Positions 21,372-29,317 of a DNA stretch of 64,000 nucleotides are shown in pieces. The number at the start of each line of letters is the position of its first letter. Within the stretch, counting starts at the first letter, position 1. A program made the translations under genes and the position numbers. Origin of the DNA: Candidatus Nitrotoga sp. SPKER (GTDB lineage Bacteria > Pseudomonadota > Gammaproteobacteria > Burkholderiales > Gallionellaceae); assembly GCA_003402285.1 (NCBI GenBank), contig QFXG01000028.1, positions 45,422-109,421 of the forward strand, read 5' to 3'. The notes below the pieces were generated by a model that ran no database searches, was not told the origin of the DNA, and saw only the letters and a list, made by a program, of their open reading frames with translations.

Positions 21372-21626
21372 CTAATTTAGCCAGGCGTGTTCCCACCTAA
21401 TGTCCAACTGAGATCGCGCAGCTGTAATTGCATCTATACCCGCCCGAATTTCATAGAGCAGCAGACTGTTCGAATAACCATTTAACTGTTGAAAGATCAC
21501 ATCAACATTTAAATATTCCTTCTGATCGGCTCCGAGTACGAATTGAAGAACACTTTGATAATTATTCAATTCGCTGTTTGTGTTTACCGCTTGAGCGGCC
21601 AATTCGTCTTTGTTGTTTGTGTCCAT
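21372..21626 (-). CDS. hypothetical protein (84 aa)
   Basis: Strong SD AAGGAG 6 nt before the ATG. Embedded between sbp paralog 2 and the TOBE gene, on the same strand. Confidence 0.6.
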   Translation of the reverse strand: MDTNNKDELAAQAVNTNSELNNYQSVLQFVLGADQKEYLNVDVIFQQLNGYSNSLLLYEIRAGIDAITAARSQLDIRWEHAWLN

Positions 21627-21718
21627 GAGCTACTCCTTGATTAATTGGAAAAATTAATTTATTAAATTAAAATTAGCAGCACACCACATTCGACAAATCA
21701 GCCAGATACGCATAACCA

Positions 21719-22726
21719 CTATTTTTTGGAATAAATCTGATCAAACACACCACCATCCGCAAAGTGTTCCTTTTGTGCCTTGCTCCACCCTCCAAACTCT
21801 CCATCAATGGTAATAAGATTCAGTTTCGGGAACTGTTTGGCATATTTCGCGGCCACTTTTACATCCGTAGGACGATAGTAATTTTTGGCTGCGATTTCCT
21901 GACCTTCCGGGCTATACAGATAGTTCAAATAAGCTTCTGCCACTTTACGTGTGCCATGTTTGGTAACGTTCTTATCAACCACGGTAACGGGAGGCTCGGC
22001 CAGAATGCTCAGCGAAGGTGCCACGATGTCAAATTTATCCGGCCCCAGCTCCTTGACAGCAAGAGAAGCTTCATTTTCCCAAGCCAGCAATACGTCGCCA
22101 ATTCCGCGCTCAACAAAAGTAGTTGTAGAACCGCGCGCGCCCGAATCTAATACAGGCACATTGGCAAACAATTTACTGACAAACTCCTTGGCCTTGGCTG
22201 GATTGTTGCCATTCTTCTTTAACGCATATCCCCAAGCTGCAAGATAATTCCAACGCGCGCCCCCTGAAGTTTTAGGATTAGGCGTAATGACAGATACACC
22301 GGATTTAACCAAATCATCCCAGTCTCTAATCTTTTTTGGATTGCCCTTGCGTACCAGAAACACGATGGTGGATGTATAGGGCGAGCTATTGTGATTCAAG
22401 CGTGTTTGCCAGTTAGCCGGAATTAAACCGGCCTTACTCTGAAGTACGTGCACATCGTAAGCCAGGGCCAATGTCGCAACGTCTGCTTCCAGACCATCAA
22501 TGATGGCGCGTGCTTGCTTACCCGAGCCGCCATGTGATTGCTTGATGGTGACATCATCGCCAGTCTGTACTTTCCAGTGCTTGATGAATGCTTCATTAAA
22601 TTCCTGGTAAAACTCACGCGTTGGATCATAGGAGACATTCAACAACTTGATGTTTGCCGCCAGGACAAGCGGACTTAGGGTGGTGAATAGCAATGCCAGT
22701 GTCGATGTGATAATAATTTTATGCAC
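21719..22726 (-). CDS. cysP: sulfate/thiosulfate ABC transporter periplasmic binding protein (second paralog)
   Basis: Sbp/CysP family ([13 protein letters not shown]...[11 protein letters not shown]). GTG start with AAGGAA upstream. The Sbp versus CysP assignment is arbitrary. Confidence 0.9.
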   Translation of the reverse strand: MHKIIITSTLALLFTTLSPLVLAANIKLLNVSYDPTREFYQEFNEAFIKHWKVQTGDDVTIKQSHGGSGKQARAIIDGLEADVATLALAYDVHVLQSKAGLIPANWQTRLNHNSSPYTSTIVFLVRKGNPKKIRDWDDLVKSGVSVITPNPKTSGGARWNYLAAWGYALKKNGNNPAKAKEFVSKLFANVPVLDSGARGSTTTFVERGIGDVLLAWENEASLAVKELGPDKFDIVAPSLSILAEPPVTVVDKNVTKHGTRKVAEAYLNYLYSPEGQEIAAKNYYRPTDVKVAAKYAKQFPKLNLITIDGEFGGWSKAQKEHFADGGVFDQIYSKK

Positions 22727-22961
22727 TTAAATTTCCTTTAAAGTTAAAGTCCATTAACAAATTTGTCGCGAATGTTCATGAGCGAGGTGTGCATTCTGGA
22801 GAGGTTCTTTTTCTGCGTGAACCAATTAATTCTTAATTGCATATCTGTTTTTTATATATAGGAAAAAATGAAAGAATAAGATGAGCTATACAATGAACCG
22901 CACAACGAAATTGACAGTTCTGCGCAAAACACGGAAACTACATAACAGTGCCGATTTGACA

Positions 22962-23040
22962 TCAGCTTGCGGGGCACTTTAAAAATTCCAGCTAAAGCGA
23001 AGCAACCCGCTCCGCTTAAGCTGAACGGGTTTTGTTTTTG
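22962..23040 (+). promoter_or_regulatory. Candidate structured leader (possible SAM-responsive element plus weak terminator) upstream of metX
   Basis: CAGCUUGC...CCAGCUAAAGC elements are reminiscent of SAM-II GCUU/AAAGC pairing. Alternative hairpins are AAGCG/CGCTT and AACCCG/CGGGTT, the latter followed by TTGTTTTT. Confidence 0.2.
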
Positions 23041-23051
23041 GGGATTCTCAA

Positions 23052-24191
23052 TTGAACGCATCAACTAGCATCGGCATCGTCAGCCCACAACACGCGCAGT
23101 TCAACACCCCTTTTTCATGTCAAAGCGGGGCTGTGTTGCCGAGTTACGAGCTGATATATGAAACTTACGGCACCTTAAACAAAGATAAATCCAATGCTGT
23201 CCTGGTCTGCCATGCGCTTTCCGGCCATCATCATGTAGCGGGCTATTACGCAGATGATCCGAAAAACGTTGGGTGGTGGGACACGATGATCGGTCCTGGC
23301 AAGCCTATCGACACGCAGAAGTTTTTCGTCATCGGGCTGAATAATCTTGGTGGCTGTCATGGTTCCACGGGGCCCATCAGCATCAACCCGGAAACTGAAA
23401 AACCTTATGGCGCAAGCTTTCCCATAGTGACAGTGGAAGACTGGGTGAAATCGCAAGCTCAGCTGGCTGATAAACTCGGCATTAATCAATTTGCTGCAAT
23501 AATTGGTGGCAGCCTGGGCGGGATGCAAGCATTGCAATGGTCGCTGGCATATCCGGAATGCGTGCGCCATGTACTGGCGATCGCCTCAGCACCTCGCCTG
23601 ACCGCACAGAATATTGCGTTCAATGATGTGGCACGCAACGCAATTTTGACTGACCCAAACTTCTACGGCGGCAATTATTACGAGCACGGCGTGGTGCCTG
23701 CACGTGGCTTGCGCTTGGCGCGCATGCTGGGGCATATCACCTATCTTTCAAACGATGCGATGGCGGACAAATTCGGGCGTGGCTTGCGCTCCGATAAATA
23801 CAGCTACAGCTATGATATCGATTTCGAAATCGAATCTTACCTGCGCTACCAAGGCGATAAATTCGCCGCCTATTTTGATGCCAACAGCTATTTGCTTATG
23901 ACCAAGGCGCTGGATTATTTTGATCCCGCCCGCGAATACAATGATGACCTGAATAAAGCTTTCGCCGTTGCTCGCGCAAATTTTTTAGTTCTGTCATTTA
24001 CCACCGACTGGCGTTTTGCACCGGAACGTTCGCGCGCCATCGTCAAAGCACTCCTTCATAACCGCCTTAAGGTAAGCTACGCTGAGATTACCTCAACGCA
24101 CGGGCATGATTCTTTTCTGATGCAGCATACGCACTACCATGATGTGATGCGCGCTTACTTCGACAATATTGCCAGAGAGTTTACTGCATGA
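23052..24191 (+). CDS. metX: homoserine O-acyltransferase MetX
   Basis: SIGIVSPQ...[10 protein letters not shown]...[15 protein letters not shown] (alpha/beta hydrolase nucleophile elbow). TTG start with GGGGA upstream. Followed by metW. Confidence 0.93.
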   Translation: MNASTSIGIVSPQHAQFNTPFSCQSGAVLPSYELIYETYGTLNKDKSNAVLVCHALSGHHHVAGYYADDPKNVGWWDTMIGPGKPIDTQKFFVIGLNNLGGCHGSTGPISINPETEKPYGASFPIVTVEDWVKSQAQLADKLGINQFAAIIGGSLGGMQALQWSLAYPECVRHVLAIASAPRLTAQNIAFNDVARNAILTDPNFYGGNYYEHGVVPARGLRLARMLGHITYLSNDAMADKFGRGLRSDKYSYSYDIDFEIESYLRYQGDKFAAYFDANSYLLMTKALDYFDPAREYNDDLNKAFAVARANFLVLSFTTDWRFAPERSRAIVKALLHNRLKVSYAEITSTHGHDSFLMQHTHYHDVMRAYFDNIAREFTA

Positions 24192-24802
24192 GTACGCACG
24201 ATCACTCCACACTCGCCGCAACCCGCCCCGATTTTGCTGCAATCGCAGCATGGATTCCGAAGGGTGCTTCAGTACTGGACTTGGGTTGCGGTGACGGCAG
24301 CTTGCTGCGCTATTTGCAGGGCACGAGCAAGGTGCAGGGCTACGGCGTAGAAATAAGCGACGAAAACATCGTGGCGTGTATTCGGAATCAAGTGGATGTA
24401 ATTCAAGGTGACTTGGAATCTGGACTTTCCGGCTTTGAAAGCAATGCCTTTGATTATGTCATCCTGTCACAGACGCTACAGGCCACGCGTCACACGGAAC
24501 CTCTGATGCAGGAAATGCTGCGCGTGGGACGTGAGGGTATCGTCAGTTTTCCTAATTTCGGCTACTGGCGAAACCGTATGAACATATTGCAAGGCAATAT
24601 GCCAGTGTCTGAAGTTTTGCCTTATCAGTGGTATGACACACCCAATGTTCATCTGTGCACACTGCATGATTTTGAGACATTCTGCCACGATAACAAGATG
24701 AGCATTCTCGCCCGACGCGTCATGACAGGCGATAGCGAGATAAAACTATTGCCTAATCTGTTGGGTAGCACAGCGGTGTATCGCTTCAAGCGTGCTGTTT
24801 AA
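24188..24802 (+). CDS. metW: methionine biosynthesis protein MetW
   Basis: SAM-methyltransferase-like LDLGCGDG and the MetW C-terminus. ATGA overlap with metX. Confidence 0.93.
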   Translation: MSTHDHSTLAATRPDFAAIAAWIPKGASVLDLGCGDGSLLRYLQGTSKVQGYGVEISDENIVACIRNQVDVIQGDLESGLSGFESNAFDYVILSQTLQATRHTEPLMQEMLRVGREGIVSFPNFGYWRNRMNILQGNMPVSEVLPYQWYDTPNVHLCTLHDFETFCHDNKMSILARRVMTGDSEIKLLPNLLGSTAVYRFKRAV

Positions 24803-24805
24803 TTC

Positions 24806-26065
24806 ATGAGTGTGATCGCGCAGCTGTTCACGCGGCGCATGTTGATTTGTGTATTCACCGGCTTCAGCTCTGGCCTGCCGCTGTACCTGTTGTTCAATTT
24901 GGTGCCCGCCTGGCTGCGTAGCGAGCAAGTTGATCTTAAAACCATCGGCCTATTCGCACTGATCCAGTTTCCCTATACCTGGAAATTCCTGTGGTCACCC
25001 CTGCTGGATCGCTATGTCCTGCCTATCCTTGGGCGCAGACGCGGCTGGATGCTGCTCACCCAACTGGGTCTATTGGCAGTCATTGCATCGATGGGAGCAT
25101 TTTCACCGCAAAGCGATCTGCACACAATTGCCTACATTGCAACGCTATTGGCATTTCTGAGCGCCACTCAAGACATCGTGCTGGATGCCTACCGGCGCGA
25201 ACTGCTGGCAGAAAATGAGCTGGGATTGGGTAATGCGGTACATGTAAACGCCTATCGCATCGCTGGCTTGGTGCCAGGTTCACTGTCACTAATCCTGGCA
25301 GATTTTATGCCATGGAGCCTGGTGTTTATCATTACAGCGTTGTTCATGTTGCCCGGCATGGTGATGACGCTCATGGTAAAAGAGCCACTGAATATTAACC
25401 CGCCGAAATCCCTGCGTGATGCGGTTGTCGAACCGTTTCACGAATTCATCACTCGGCATGGCTGGCACAGCGCGCTGCTCATCCTCACCTTCCTGTTCTT
25501 TTACAAACTCGGCGATAGCATGTGTACCGCACTGGCCACCCCGTTCTATCTGGACATGGGATTCTCTAAAACACAAATTGGCTTAATCGCCAAGAATGCA
25601 GGACTTTGGCCCGCTGTAATTGGTGGCTTACTGGGTGGATTATGGATGGTAAAGATCGGCATCAATCGCGCCTTATGGTTATTTGGTGTAGTCCAAGTGG
25701 TATCAATCTTTGGTTTCTTTTGGCTGGCATCGGTTGGGTACCATGCCGAAATCACCACCGTGGAACTCACCCAACTCGCCATAGTGATTGGCATAGAAGC
25801 CTTGGGCGTGGGGCTAGGTACAGCCGCGTTCGTCGCCTTCATTGCGCGCACCACCCATCCCGCCTACACCGCCACGCAATTTGCGCTATTTACCAGCCTC
25901 GCAGCAATGCCACGCACCTTCGCCAACGCGGCGACTGGCTGGCTGGTGGAAGCAATCGGCTGGACGGGATTCTTTTTGCTATGCGCACTACTGGCACTAC
26001 CAGGGATGATATTACTATTAAAAGTGGCACCATGGAATGGGTCGAATCCATTGACACATCAATAA
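24806..26065 (+). CDS. ampG: AmpG family muropeptide MFS permease
   Basis: GFSSGLPLYL...WLR...KTIGLF..I..PYTWKFLWSPLLDRY signature. Confidence 0.9.
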   Translation: MSVIAQLFTRRMLICVFTGFSSGLPLYLLFNLVPAWLRSEQVDLKTIGLFALIQFPYTWKFLWSPLLDRYVLPILGRRRGWMLLTQLGLLAVIASMGAFSPQSDLHTIAYIATLLAFLSATQDIVLDAYRRELLAENELGLGNAVHVNAYRIAGLVPGSLSLILADFMPWSLVFIITALFMLPGMVMTLMVKEPLNINPPKSLRDAVVEPFHEFITRHGWHSALLILTFLFFYKLGDSMCTALATPFYLDMGFSKTQIGLIAKNAGLWPAVIGGLLGGLWMVKIGINRALWLFGVVQVVSIFGFFWLASVGYHAEITTVELTQLAIVIGIEALGVGLGTAAFVAFIARTTHPAYTATQFALFTSLAAMPRTFANAATGWLVEAIGWTGFFLLCALLALPGMILLLKVAPWNGSNPLTHQ

Positions 26066-26091
26066 CGTTAGCAAAAAAAGATTTGTATCTT

Positions 26092-26101
26092 ATTAAATTT
26101 T
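26092..26101. repeat. Target-site duplication, left copy (ATTAAATTTT)
   Basis: Identical 10-mer directly abutting both IS ends; the other copy is at 27072-27081. Confidence 0.7.
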
Positions 26102-27071
26102 ATGCCTCTGAACAAAGCCCCGCATGACCTGTCCAACCTTGCAGGTAGTAACGGACAGGAGGGAATCATGAAAACGGAAAGCATGACCTTGCTGGGATGG
26201 CAAGAGCGATTCGGGACGGAAGAAATCTGCTTGGAGCAGTTGATCCGCTATCGCTGGCCGGATGGGTTCATCTGCCCGCACTGCGGGCACGATCAAGGTT
26301 ACTTTATCGGAGGTCGGCATATTTACCAGTGCACGGCCTGTACGCGCCAAGTATCGGTAACGGCTGGTACGATCTTCGAGGCCAGCAAGCTGCCGCTGGT
26401 GAAATGGTTCTGGGCTATATACCTGATGGCTTCCGACAAGGGCGGCATCTCGGCCTTGCGTCTTGCGCAGCAGATTGAGGTGTCGTGTATTACGGCGCAC
26501 CGGATGTTGAGGAAGATCAGGCAAGCGATGGGACATCGGGACAGCCTCTACCGTTTGGGAGACTTGATCGAGGTGGATGACGCACTGGTGGGTGGGCGTC
26601 ATACGGGCGGAAAGCGAGGCCGTGGCGCGGAAGGTAAGACACCGATTCTGGTAGCGGTGGAAAACCGGGGCGAGAAAGCTGGGCACGTAGCGATGGAAGC
26701 CGTTGCATCGGTGACCCATAAGGCGGTGAGAGCCTTTGCCAAGCGTCATATCAATCCCGCGCAATTGGTCAGGAGCGATGCGCTGGCTAGCTTGTCGTCG
26801 TTGGGAGAAACTCAGCACCATGCGGCACGGGTGACGCCTGCGGGCAAAGCGGGTGAATGGTTGCCTTGGGTGCATATCACCATCGGCAATCTCAAGGCAT
26901 TCTTGCTGGGCACGTATCATGGGGTGTCAGGTAAATATCTTCAGGAGTATTTGAATGAGTTCTGTTATCGCTTCAACCGCCGTCGAGTGCTTCATGAACT
27001 ACCGCTGCGCTTACTTAATTCCTGTGTGCAGCATGTGCCCATAAGGCATGCGGGGCTTTGTTAAGAGGCAT
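26102..27071 (+). mobile_element. IS1595-family insertion sequence (970 bp)
   Basis: Terminal inverted repeats ATGCCTCTGAACAAAGCCCCGCATG (26102-26126) and the reverse complement of 27047-27071 match at 24 of 25 positions. One transposase ORF, flanked by direct repeats. A 60-nt hand count gives about 57 % G+C. Confidence 0.85.
26168..27064 (+). CDS. IS1595-family transposase (N-terminal Zn-ribbon plus ISXO2-like DDE domain)
   Basis: FICPHCGH...YQCTAC zinc ribbon and the ISXO2-like core. The ATG at 26168 is preceded by GGAGGG. The track ORF starting at 26102 would begin inside the IR. Confidence 0.85.
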   Translation: MKTESMTLLGWQERFGTEEICLEQLIRYRWPDGFICPHCGHDQGYFIGGRHIYQCTACTRQVSVTAGTIFEASKLPLVKWFWAIYLMASDKGGISALRLAQQIEVSCITAHRMLRKIRQAMGHRDSLYRLGDLIEVDDALVGGRHTGGKRGRGAEGKTPILVAVENRGEKAGHVAMEAVASVTHKAVRAFAKRHINPAQLVRSDALASLSSLGETQHHAARVTPAGKAGEWLPWVHITIGNLKAFLLGTYHGVSGKYLQEYLNEFCYRFNRRRVLHELPLRLLNSCVQHVPIRHAGLC

Positions 27072-27081
27072 ATTAAATTTT
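27072..27081. repeat. Target-site duplication, right copy (ATTAAATTTT)
   Basis: Identical to 26092-26101. Confidence 0.7.
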
Positions 27082-27617
27082 GCACAACCTAACATGGCCG
27101 CAGCAAGCTTTTTCGGCGTGCGCCCTTGAATTCACCCCATAATCTTGCCGGGTGCCATATTAAGCGGCAACTCAGGAGAATATGCATGTAATTTACTCAT
27201 AACACCTTTGAAGATCCTAATATAAATACACCACTTCTCTCTCACCAAGTTCCGAGTTCACTCCGTCATATCTCCATTCAGCACCTTATAGCAATACTTT
27301 GTTACCAGACAAAGTGGTACTCAATTTAAAACACCGTATGGCTAACATATATCCATTCATGTGACATGTTGTTACAGCTAAAACTGACTAGCTAACCCGT
27401 TGGTTTAAATCATGTGATTAATAATTCGTCATCTATCGAAACTCCACTCCACACGGACATGTAAATCGTATCTATGCTGCGTGCGGCATCGTTCGTTGGC
27501 TCAGCTTTCCAACCTATATTGTACGAATTATTCAGTTCAGGCTACAATTACTAAAACGCGAACAATTTTTATTTACATTTAAAATGGTGCCAGCCACCTT
27601 ATCAGGAAGGAATGTTC

Positions 27618-28130
27618 ATGGGGACCGCTGAACTTGTCCTGCAGCAAGAAGTGCACGCTCTCTACAGCAACCACCACGGTTGGCTGTATGGCTGGCTGCG
27701 CAAAAAATTGGGCTGCTCGCATCGTGCTGCCGATCTGGCACATGATACTTTTGTGCGGTTGCTTGCCCGCGAAGAACCGGTGACCATCCAGGAACCGCGT
27801 GCCTTTCTTACAACTGTGGCACAGCGCGTGCTGGCCAACCATTGGCGGCGCGAACAGATCGAACGAGCCTACCTTGATGTGCTGGCACGAATGCCGGAAG
27901 CCTTGATACCATCGCCGGAAGAACGGACCATCCTGCTTAAAACACTCGTCGAGATCGACTGCCTTCTTGACGGCTTGCCAGCTTTGGCCAAGCGCGCGTT
28001 CTTGCATGCCCAGCTCGACGACATGACGCATGCTGAAATCGCGACCGAACTCGGCATCTCCATCAGCACCGTCAAGCGCCATCTGGTGCGTGCGGGCATC
28101 CAATGCTATTTCGCGTTGACGGCGGACTGA
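27618..28130 (+). CDS. FecI-type ECF sigma factor
   Basis: YSNHHGWLYGWLRKKLGC...ADLAHDTFVRLL and a region-4 HTH EIATELGISISTVKRHL. AGGAAGG lies 7 nt before the ATG at 27618; the ORF opens at 27612. Confidence 0.88.
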   Translation: MGTAELVLQQEVHALYSNHHGWLYGWLRKKLGCSHRAADLAHDTFVRLLAREEPVTIQEPRAFLTTVAQRVLANHWRREQIERAYLDVLARMPEALIPSPEERTILLKTLVEIDCLLDGLPALAKRAFLHAQLDDMTHAEIATELGISISTVKRHLVRAGIQCYFALTAD

Positions 28131-28143
28131 GGTAAATACTCTG

Positions 28144-29235
28144 ATGAGTCTGGACGCAAGCTTGGGAGTAAATCCCGATGCAAACAACGAGCCATCTTTA
28201 TCGAGGCCCCCTCGCAACGACCATGGCCTTGGCCGCTCCAGCGACATCCCGCCGCACGTTGCTCGGCGTGCGGTGGAATGGTTGGTAGAGCTGCAATCCG
28301 CTGACGTCAGCACCACCACCCGGCAGAGCCTCCAGCACTGGCTTGGCTTACATCCCGACCACGAACGTGCCTGGCAACACATAGAGGCCGTCAATGGTCA
28401 GCTACGTAGCGTGGTCTCGTCCATGGCTTCGCCCATTGTACATGCTACATTGGTCCCCCGCCGTTCAGTCAAACGCCGTGAGGTGATCAAGACCTTGGTC
28501 GTCCTGTTGTTCGCAGGGGGTACAACCTGGGTAACCAAAGACAGTATGCCTTGGCGTGAATGGACAGCGGATGAGCACACTGGCGTGGGCGAACGGCGCA
28601 CCGTCACCTTGGCCGACGGCACCATCGTCACCCTGAACACCGACAGCGCCATTAACATTCGCTTCAGCGCCACCGAACGCCGCGTGAGGCTGGTCAGCGG
28701 TGAAATATTAGTGAGCACCGGCAAGGATGCCGGTCACAACGGCAACGGCCGCAGCGGTAATGGCGTGACGCGCCCCTTTGTGATTGAAACCGCGCAGGGT
28801 GAACTCCAACCACTGGGCACACGCTTCGTCGTACGCCAACAGACAAATGCTAGCCGGGTGGATGTCTTCGAAGGCGCAGTCGACATTCGCCCGCACAATG
28901 GCGCCGAGGCAACCCGCATACTGCGCGCTGGCGAGCAAACCCGCTTTACTCGCAACGTCATCAATGAACCCATCACGATCAATGATACCGAAGCCGCGTG
29001 GATCGACGGCATGCTGGTAGCGAGTGGCATGCGCCTGGCCGACTTCCTCGTCGAACTCAGCCGCCACCGTCCCGGCCGCCTGAGATGTGATCCGGCCATC
29101 GCCGAACTGCTCATTTCCGGCAGCTATCCACTGGCCGACACCGATCGCATCCTCGATACCCTGCCAACCACGCTGCCGGTAGAGATTCACTTTCTCACGC
29201 GCTACTGGGTCACCGTACGGCCAGCTCATACATAG
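28144..29235 (+). CDS. FecR-type anti-sigma factor / transmembrane sensor
   Basis: N-terminal A.EWLV.L.S motif, a central TM segment and a periplasmic FecR domain (TLADGT.VTLNTDSA...). Confidence 0.88.
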   Translation: MSLDASLGVNPDANNEPSLSRPPRNDHGLGRSSDIPPHVARRAVEWLVELQSADVSTTTRQSLQHWLGLHPDHERAWQHIEAVNGQLRSVVSSMASPIVHATLVPRRSVKRREVIKTLVVLLFAGGTTWVTKDSMPWREWTADEHTGVGERRTVTLADGTIVTLNTDSAINIRFSATERRVRLVSGEILVSTGKDAGHNGNGRSGNGVTRPFVIETAQGELQPLGTRFVVRQQTNASRVDVFEGAVDIRPHNGAEATRILRAGEQTRFTRNVINEPITINDTEAAWIDGMLVASGMRLADFLVELSRHRPGRLRCDPAIAELLISGSYPLADTDRILDTLPTTLPVEIHFLTRYWVTVRPAHT

Positions 29236-29260
29236 CTTTGTACTGCCTCACCAAACCTGC

Positions 29261-29280
29261 AGCCGAAAAATATTTCGGCT
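29261..29280 (+). other. Stem-loop in the fecR-receptor spacer
   Basis: AGCCGAAA-AATA-TTTCGGCT, an 8-bp stem with no following T-run. Confidence 0.4.
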
Positions 29281-29317
29281 CAGGTGGTCTATTTTCGATT
29301 CTCGCGTGACATAGGAG

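Noticed and set aside
26093-26920. 275-aa minus-strand ORF, the longest unexplained ORF in the track
   Set aside because: It lies entirely antisense to the well-supported IS1595 transposase. Its Arg/Pro/His-rich composition is typical of an antisense frame in G+C-rich DNA, and it has no SD.
27082-27200. Minus-strand mini-ORF MSKLHAYSPELPLNMAPGKIMG next to the IS, reminiscent of IS3-family OrfA N-termini (..YSPEFK..)
   Set aside because: It is only 22 codons. The resemblance rests on 4-5 residues, there is no continuation in any frame, and I saw no inverted repeats.
27405-27435. Possible Fur box (ATCATGTGATTAATAATTCGTCATC) upstream of fecI
   Set aside because: It shows hexamer-like NATWAT periodicity, but fewer than about 11 of 19 positions match GATAATGATAATCATTATC in any register I tried. 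It also lies about 190 nt from the fecI start. A PWM scan is needed.
28398-29229. Minus-strand ORFs of 108, 173 and 126 aa inside fecR
   Set aside because: They are antisense frames of a roughly 60 % G+C gene, have no recognisable motifs, and overlap a strongly supported FecR-type CDS.
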